From: Chloroflexota bacterium
GTDB lineage: Bacteria > Chloroflexota > UBA11872 > VXOZ01
DNA: 64,000 nt
NCBI GenBank assembly: GCA_963663275.1
Contig: OY760183.1
Span: 32,001-96,000 of the forward strand
Direction: 5' to 3'
Part shown: piece by piece, positions 59,834 through 64,000 of the stretch
How positions within the stretch are numbered: the first letter of the stretch is position 1
Layout: the number at the start of each line of letters is the position of its first letter
Program-made: the position numbers and the translations under genes
Notes under the pieces: model-generated
The model's database searches: none
Told to the model about the DNA's origin: nothing
What the model saw: only the letters and a program-made list of their open reading frames with translations

Positions 59834-60568
59834 CTAGTTTGTCTTTTCATAGACAGAAGTGTGCGCGCGGCTTTGGGCAGTGAAGGGTGAGCGGCGCCAG
59901 TCGGCCCATCTGGCGCGGAGTTGCAGGCCGGCGAGGCGGGCCATGAGGTCCAGTTCGGACGGCCAGACGTAGCGGAGGCGGCCGGGGTAGATGCGGATGC
60001 CCGCTTCCGCTAGAACCACGTGGCGGAAGTCCAGCACCTGGTTCAGGGCATCGTGGATCGACACATCCAGGCGGACGGAGTCCAGATCGGGCAGGCTCGT
60101 CCGCACGTGTTCGCCTTCTGCGAACTTGGCGACGTCGGGGACGAAGGCGTGTACCAGGAATACGCCGGAATCATCCAGGCGCGCTGCCACGTTCTGGATG
60201 CACCGGATCTGCTCCTCCTGTGACGCGAGCATGAAGAACGTGTTGTTTATCACGAAAACGAGCGAGAAGGCGCCCGCGACCGCGACATCCGCGAAGTCGC
60301 CGAGGATCACGGGCAAGTCCTCCCCGCCTGGCTTAGCCCGGAGTTGGTCGAGCATGGCCTGGGACGACTCTATGCCGTGCACCTCGCAGCCTGTGGCGGC
60401 CAAGGGCAGCGCAAAGGTCCCGGTGCCAATCCCCAATTCGAGCGCCCTGCCGCCGGCCGCAAACTCCGCGAGCAGTTCGACACACGCGCCGACCTTTGCC
60501 GGTCGGTAGAATTCGTCGTACACACCGGCGATCCGGTCGCCATACGTCGCCGCATCGTACCCCTGCAT
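59834..60568 (-). CDS. Class I SAM-dependent methyltransferase
   Basis: YGDRIAGVYD, ALELGIGTG, RYVWPSELDLMARLAG; AAGGAG RBS. Confidence 0.88.
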   Translation of the reverse strand: MQGYDAATYGDRIAGVYDEFYRPAKVGACVELLAEFAAGGRALELGIGTGTFALPLAATGCEVHGIESSQAMLDQLRAKPGGEDLPVILGDFADVAVAGAFSLVFVINNTFFMLASQEEQIRCIQNVAARLDDSGVFLVHAFVPDVAKFAEGEHVRTSLPDLDSVRLDVSIHDALNQVLDFRHVVLAEAGIRIYPGRLRYVWPSELDLMARLAGLQLRARWADWRRSPFTAQSRAHTSVYEKTN

Positions 60569-60598
60569 GATTCGTCTCCTTTCCTTGCACACAGACAA

Positions 60599-60631
60599 TA
60601 GAAAAAGGCCTCCCGTTTGCGGGGAGGCCTT
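60599..60631 (-). terminator. Intrinsic terminator (attenuator) just upstream of the methyltransferase RBS
   Basis: Minus strand AAGGCCTCCCCGCAAACGGGAGGCCTTTTTCTA. Confidence 0.8.
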
Positions 60632-60656
60632 GCATTGGACAACGAGAACGCGGCCG

Positions 60657-60746
60657 CTAGGTACTCCCCACTATAAGACGCGGCGGCGCCGCAGCCGCAG
60701 CGACACTATTGGCATCGGTTGGGAAGTATCCGGCTAGCGATAGCAT
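60657..60746 (-). CDS. Putative 29-aa leader peptide MLSLAGYFPTDANSVAAAAAPPRLIVGST
   Basis: AAGGA RBS; TGcTACCAT extended -10 near 60777-60785; last codons complementary to the terminator 5' arm. Confidence 0.6.
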   Translation of the reverse strand: MLSLAGYFPTDANSVAAAAAPPRLIVGST

Positions 60747-60952
60747 GGCACTTGTCCTTCGTTCACTACGCAGGGCATGGTAGCACACTCTTCTATGTTT
60801 GATAAGAGCCACCGCGCGGTAAGGCCGCGGTTTGTGACTTATTCCCTGCCGGTTATGAACTCTGCGACGGCGTTGGGAGACGGGTAGTTTACGGCTTGGG
60901 CCGCCTCGGTCGATTCGACGAGGCGGCCCAAGCCAGATGTGGCGCGCGTGCC

Positions 60953-62158
60953 TTAGCGCCAGGATGGTTCGCCGCTGGCGGTGGCGATGGCTTCGGCGGC
61001 GGCGTAGAGGTAGCGTTCGGCCCAGGCGGTGGTGGCCTGGATGTCGTAGTTCCACGACTGCACGGCGTAGAACATGCAGTGGGGGTGCAGGCGCGCCAGG
61101 TTGGTGGTGAAGAACGCCGCCGGTTTCCACCATTGGCCGATGGGCCGGTGGTCGTTGTGCGTGCCCAGCCATTGGCGCATCACGGCGTTGAAGCGGTCCA
61201 CGTAGGCCGGGTCGGTTTCCGGCGGGTAGATGTCCGCCATGCCGGGATTGAGCAGGTGCAGTTTGCGCACGCCCAGGTGGTCTTCCTGTCCCGGCGGGAT
61301 TGTGCGGTAGTGGGCGTGGAACTCCAGGTAGGCGTGGGTAGGCGCCAGGCGCACGTAATCCGCCAGGGCCTTGCTCTCAACCGGACAGGGTTCCCCGGCC
61401 ACCGCTGCCTTGTAGCCGCCGGCCACCACCTCGCCGACGCCGTTCAGCAGGCTGTGCCCTTCCGCCGCGCCGTCGGGATTGATCATGGGCACCAGGCAGA
61501 CCTGGTAGTTGTCCAGCAGCCAGCGCGAATCCGTCAGGTCCACCGTCAGCCGCCGCGCCAGTTCCACCAGGCGTTCCGCCACCGGCTCCGCTCCCTGGGA
61601 GGTGCCCGCCATCACGATGCGCTTGGCGCGGGGCGCGGTTTCCAGCGCCCAGATCTTGCGCCCCTTTGCCGTCTCGTCCAGGACGCGCGCCGACCAGGTG
61701 TGCCCCTCGATTCGCTCCAGGAAGGCGACTTGCGCCTCCAGCTCCGTGGGCGCGATGAACGGCATGCTGCCGAGAATGACGGATTCCCCTTCACGCAAGG
61801 CGAGCGTGATGAGCACGTCGCTGGTGTCCGGCACGTTGACGGCGTTTTCCAGCGGAATCGGCTCCCATCCCCCGGCGCGCTTGAGGAAGCCGCCGAACTG
61901 GATGTACCAACCGCCCAATTCCTTGTCCGTGTGCACGTGGATGCGCAAGGCGGGTGTCTGCCGGTGGGCGGTAATGCGCACGCTATAGCGGTATTGCGTG
62001 GGCACGCCTTTGAAGTGCTCGTCGAAGCCCGTGGGCTTGGGGTCGACGCGGGTATGGAGATGGACGACGCCGTCTGCGTCCAGGCTGACGTCTTCCGCCG
62101 CCGCGGCCTCGAACTCGGTGTCGAAGGTCACGCCCAGTTCGTCGAGGGTACGTTTCAT
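60953..62158 (-). CDS. M14 zinc-carboxypeptidase-like protein with variant Zn site
   Basis: TAKGRKIWAL, GTSQGAEP (Gln at the usual His), VPMINPDG, LEFHAH. Confidence 0.65.
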   Translation of the reverse strand: MKRTLDELGVTFDTEFEAAAAEDVSLDADGVVHLHTRVDPKPTGFDEHFKGVPTQYRYSVRITAHRQTPALRIHVHTDKELGGWYIQFGGFLKRAGGWEPIPLENAVNVPDTSDVLITLALREGESVILGSMPFIAPTELEAQVAFLERIEGHTWSARVLDETAKGRKIWALETAPRAKRIVMAGTSQGAEPVAERLVELARRLTVDLTDSRWLLDNYQVCLVPMINPDGAAEGHSLLNGVGEVVAGGYKAAVAGEPCPVESKALADYVRLAPTHAYLEFHAHYRTIPPGQEDHLGVRKLHLLNPGMADIYPPETDPAYVDRFNAVMRQWLGTHNDHRPIGQWWKPAAFFTTNLARLHPHCMFYAVQSWNYDIQATTAWAERYLYAAAEAIATASGEPSWR

Positions 62159-62225
62159 GCTGAAAATCCTCCTTAGGGAATTTCGTAGTGTACAGCCATC
62201 TGCTTCAGAATCTTTTGCCACCGAT

Positions 62226-62485
62226 CGTCCGCGTAGGGGTACCCCTGGTGGGTACCCTTCCGGTTCAAGATGATTCGCCCCCCTTCACGCTTGTTTTTCC
62301 ATCGCGCGCGCCAGGGCGCCCACGAGGGACACCCCTACACCAAACCGTCCGCGTCGGGGTACCTCTGGTGGGTACCCTTCCGGTTCGCGATGGTTCGCTC
62401 CCCTCACGTTTGTTTTTCCATCGCGCACGCCAGGGCGCCCACGAGAGGCGCCCCTACACCGAACCGTCCGCATAGGGACGCCCCG
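62226..62485. repeat. ~120-bp tandem REP-doublet duplication
   Basis: CGTCCGCGTMGGGGTACCYCTGGTGGGTACCCTTCCGGTTC at 62226 and 62346, each closed by CCCCTAC. Confidence 0.8.
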
Positions 62486-62502
62486 ACGCGGATCGTGATA
62501 AT

Positions 62503-64000
62503 TCACCCGGTGTCCTCATTCCGCACCACCCACACCGGGCTGGACCACGCCTGCGCCACACGGCCGGCGACGGGCGTTTGCTGACGCAGGCGCACGTAGT
62601 AGAGCGCGTTGGCGACCGGTTGCGGCTCGTCCCAGGTAAAGGCGGCCTCCGCGGCGTCCGGCTCATGGCGGTAGACCACCTCGAAGCGCTTCGCGTCCAG
62701 GTCGCCGCGCAGGATTTCGACCCAGGCAATTGCCGCCGTGCCCACGGCCCACACGCGCACGCTCACGCCCTCGCCGCCGGCGGTCTCCTGCCCCATGAAC
62801 GTGTCGTTCACCCATACTTTCAGCAAAATGCGCGCGCCGGTGGTGCCGTAGGTTTGGCGGTTGTGGATGCTATCGAAAACGCCGCCGCGCGTGAGCGCCG
62901 GCGCCCAGACCGCCGCCAGGCCGGTCTGCCGTTTGCCCGGCTGCGCTTGATGGTTGTCCGATGAACAGATCGTGCCCATGCGCTGCCCACTGAGCCAGCC
63001 GTCCTGCGCGTAGTACGGGCCTATGGCCGAGTCGTTGAGGGAAAAATCGCACTGCTGGTATGCCAGCGGGTGTTCGGGAGCGTAGTATTCGCAGAGGCCG
63101 TGGCCGGAATAGACCTCCACCACCCGGCGGAAGGCGTCGTTGGCGTACTGCCAATCGATGTTGGGGTCGGTGCCGCCGGGCAGGTTGCTGGCTTTCGGCG
63201 AGAAGCGCACGCCGGTGTGGTGGGGAATGGTCATCGCTTCGCCGGGCCTGAGGCGCCGCCAGAGGTCTTGCACGGTACCGTTGTGGCGGCCGATACGCAC
63301 GTCGCCGTCATCGCGAAAGTAGACGTTGTGGTGCGCCCACGGCGCGGGGAAGGTGGCCTCATAGCCGAGTATCGTGGCGAACCGGCCGGGGTCGTACCAG
63401 TCCTGCGCCGCCAGCCGGATTTCCTCCCACATTTCGTCCGACAGCCCCTCCACGTGGTCGGTCAGGGCGTAGAAATCGAGCCGCGCCACGTCCCGCGCGT
63501 AGTGGAACGGCAGGTCGCCGGTGGCGTCGAAACTGCGCCGGGCGTGGGAGTGGATATCGCCCCAGTAGACGCGCTCGGCGGGCAGTTCGGCGGCGCAGAG
63601 AATTGGGTTGGACTCTACTCCAAATGGCTCTTCTCCGTTCGACTCAAACTCACCGCAGTCCTCTTTTCCACTCGCCCTCAGCCTGTCCTCACCGCTCGTG
63701 CTGAGCCTGTCCCCTCCGTTCGCCCTGAGCCTGTCGAAGGGCAAGCCGGATTCCGTAAGCGCCGTCACCGCCAGCCGCAGCACCCCCGGCGCGGTCGGCG
63801 TGAACGGCAGCGCGCACCGGCCGGTCTCCGGATTGAGCGTCACCGTTTCCGGGCACTCCGCATGGCCTTCCGCCACCGATACCGCAAACGTGAGGCGCGC
63901 GGACGCAGCGGCATTCTGCCAGGCATCCAGGGGCAATCACGTGGCAGACCGCTTCAGCGCCGACCCGGGCGTGGGAGGGCGCGTACGCCACGACCTCTAC
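62503..64000 (-). CDS. PHP-like metallohydrolase (DUF3604/CehA-McbA-like); 5'-truncated by the window, apparent frameshift near 63930
   Basis: YWGDIHSH, TDH, GYE, IPHH, VEVYSGHG, SSDNH, YGTTG, YYVRL.Q, AWSSPVWV. Confidence 0.75.

Noticed and set aside
60657-61172. 171-aa ORF
   Set aside because: Most of it overlaps the M14-like gene end and a promoter; only the last 29 codons have an RBS and are treated as a leader peptide

Overview
GC-rich bacterial chromosome segment. The gene style (Tat-lipoprotein solute-binding proteins, paralogous PhyH dioxygenases and methyltransferases, dense REP-like palindromes) suggests Chloroflexota, but that is inference only. It holds about 55 CDSs, three tRNAs (Arg-CCT, Thr-CGT, Gln-CTG), one IS30 and one IS481 element, at least three MITE types and about eight REP-like palindrome families. 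Housekeeping genes include queF, yhhQ, pth, rsmA, hisA, hisH, comEA and a DciA-like gene. Main leads: (1) a phosphate/polyphosphate locus (PhoB-PhoR, Zn-ribbon, PhoU, ArsC, facing CHAD, Ppx and two tandem thymidylate-kinase-like genes, one with a degenerate P-loop) that looks like a bacterial heteromeric PPK3-type polyphosphate kinase system; (2) a TIR (DUF1863/ThsB-like) plus 3-TM gene pair, a candidate Thoeris-like defence module; (3) a 29-aa leader peptide with antiterminator and terminator upstream of a methyltransferase; (4) a nested REP>MITE>IS/MITE ecosystem, in which the IS30 transposase takes its stop codon from the target REP, pth takes its C-terminus from a MITE, and a REP sits in frame inside a hydrolase. 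No CRISPR array or rRNA was found. All functional calls are from motif recognition, without database searches.
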